Assembly (NCBI GenBank): GCA_002189035.1
Contig: CM007990.1
Span: 3,286,001 to 3,350,000 of the forward strand
DNA length: 64,000 bases
DNA from: Utricularia gibba
Lineage: Eukaryota; Plantae; Magnoliophyta
Reading direction: 5' to 3'
The translations under genes were made by a program, and so were the position numbers. Of this stretch, positions 63,678 through 64,000 are shown piece by piece. A model generated the notes under the pieces. The model was not told the DNA's origin, made no database searches, and worked only from the letters and a program-made list of their open reading frames with translations. Within the stretch, counting starts at the first letter, position 1. Every line of letters begins with the position of its first letter.

Positions 63678-64000
63678 TTGGAGAGCACTCGGTTTAAACT
63701 TATGACTCACTCAGAGAGCTTGTTTTCCGGTCATAATCTGACGCTGGATGGAAATGAGGCTTGCCTCCAGAAGAACGCATCTGAAATTAATGATATGTTT
63801 TCCGTTCCTGCTTTGATCCTGGATAGTAGCTATAAGTGGGATAGTAGCATCAATATTTTGATAATGGAGCATGTAGAGGTTTCTCAGTCTACACTTCATA
63901 GAAGTTTGATTGTTGGTGAGGAGGGCCTATCAGGAAAAGATGATACAGTTCAACATCTTCAAGTAAGTGAAGAAGATGAAGTTCTCTCTGTTGGGGAGGA
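63678..64000 (+). CDS. Unidentified open frame running off the window end (probable exon of a host gene)
   Basis: Stop-free from 63678 to the end: MTHSESLFSGHNLTLDGNEACLQKNASEINDMFSVPALILDSSYKW...EEDEVLSVGE (ATG 63702). Preceded by intron-like sequence and a CT-rich region at 62800-63420. No family recognised. Confidence 0.5.
   Translation, partial: MESTRFKLMTHSESLFSGHNLTLDGNEACLQKNASEINDMFSVPALILDSSYKWDSSINILIMEHVEVSQSTLHRSLIVGEEGLSGKDDTVQHLQVSEEDEVLSVGE

Overview
AT-rich flowering-plant nuclear DNA, mostly decayed transposons, with four recognisable host genes and probably the start of a fifth. Host genes: an alcohol-forming fatty acyl-CoA reductase (FAR, 13185-15524, minus, 10 exons, frameshifted in exon 5); an intronless DUF761/cotton-fibre-type gene (17317-17796, minus); a HOTHEAD-like GMC oxidoreductase (51193-53591, plus, 6 exons); an IQ67-domain gene (54267-55795, minus, 5 exons); and an unidentified frame running off the right end. 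HTH and IQD need three single-base corrections in total, each at a G/C homopolymer, which points to assembly error rather than true gene loss. Mobile DNA: two tandem Mutator-like elements whose transposase appears spliced in frame to a Ulp1/SUMO-protease-like (peptidase C48) domain, a foldback element, a decayed Athila-like Ty3/gypsy element plus further copies of its LTR, Ty1/copia remnants (one with both LTRs and a near-perfect TSD), a solo LTR nested inside another solo LTR (both TSDs intact), and a PIF/Harbinger element with TIRs. No rRNA, tRNA or CRISPR features are supported. All calls come from reading and hand-translation; no database searches were run, and boundaries of degenerate elements are approximate.
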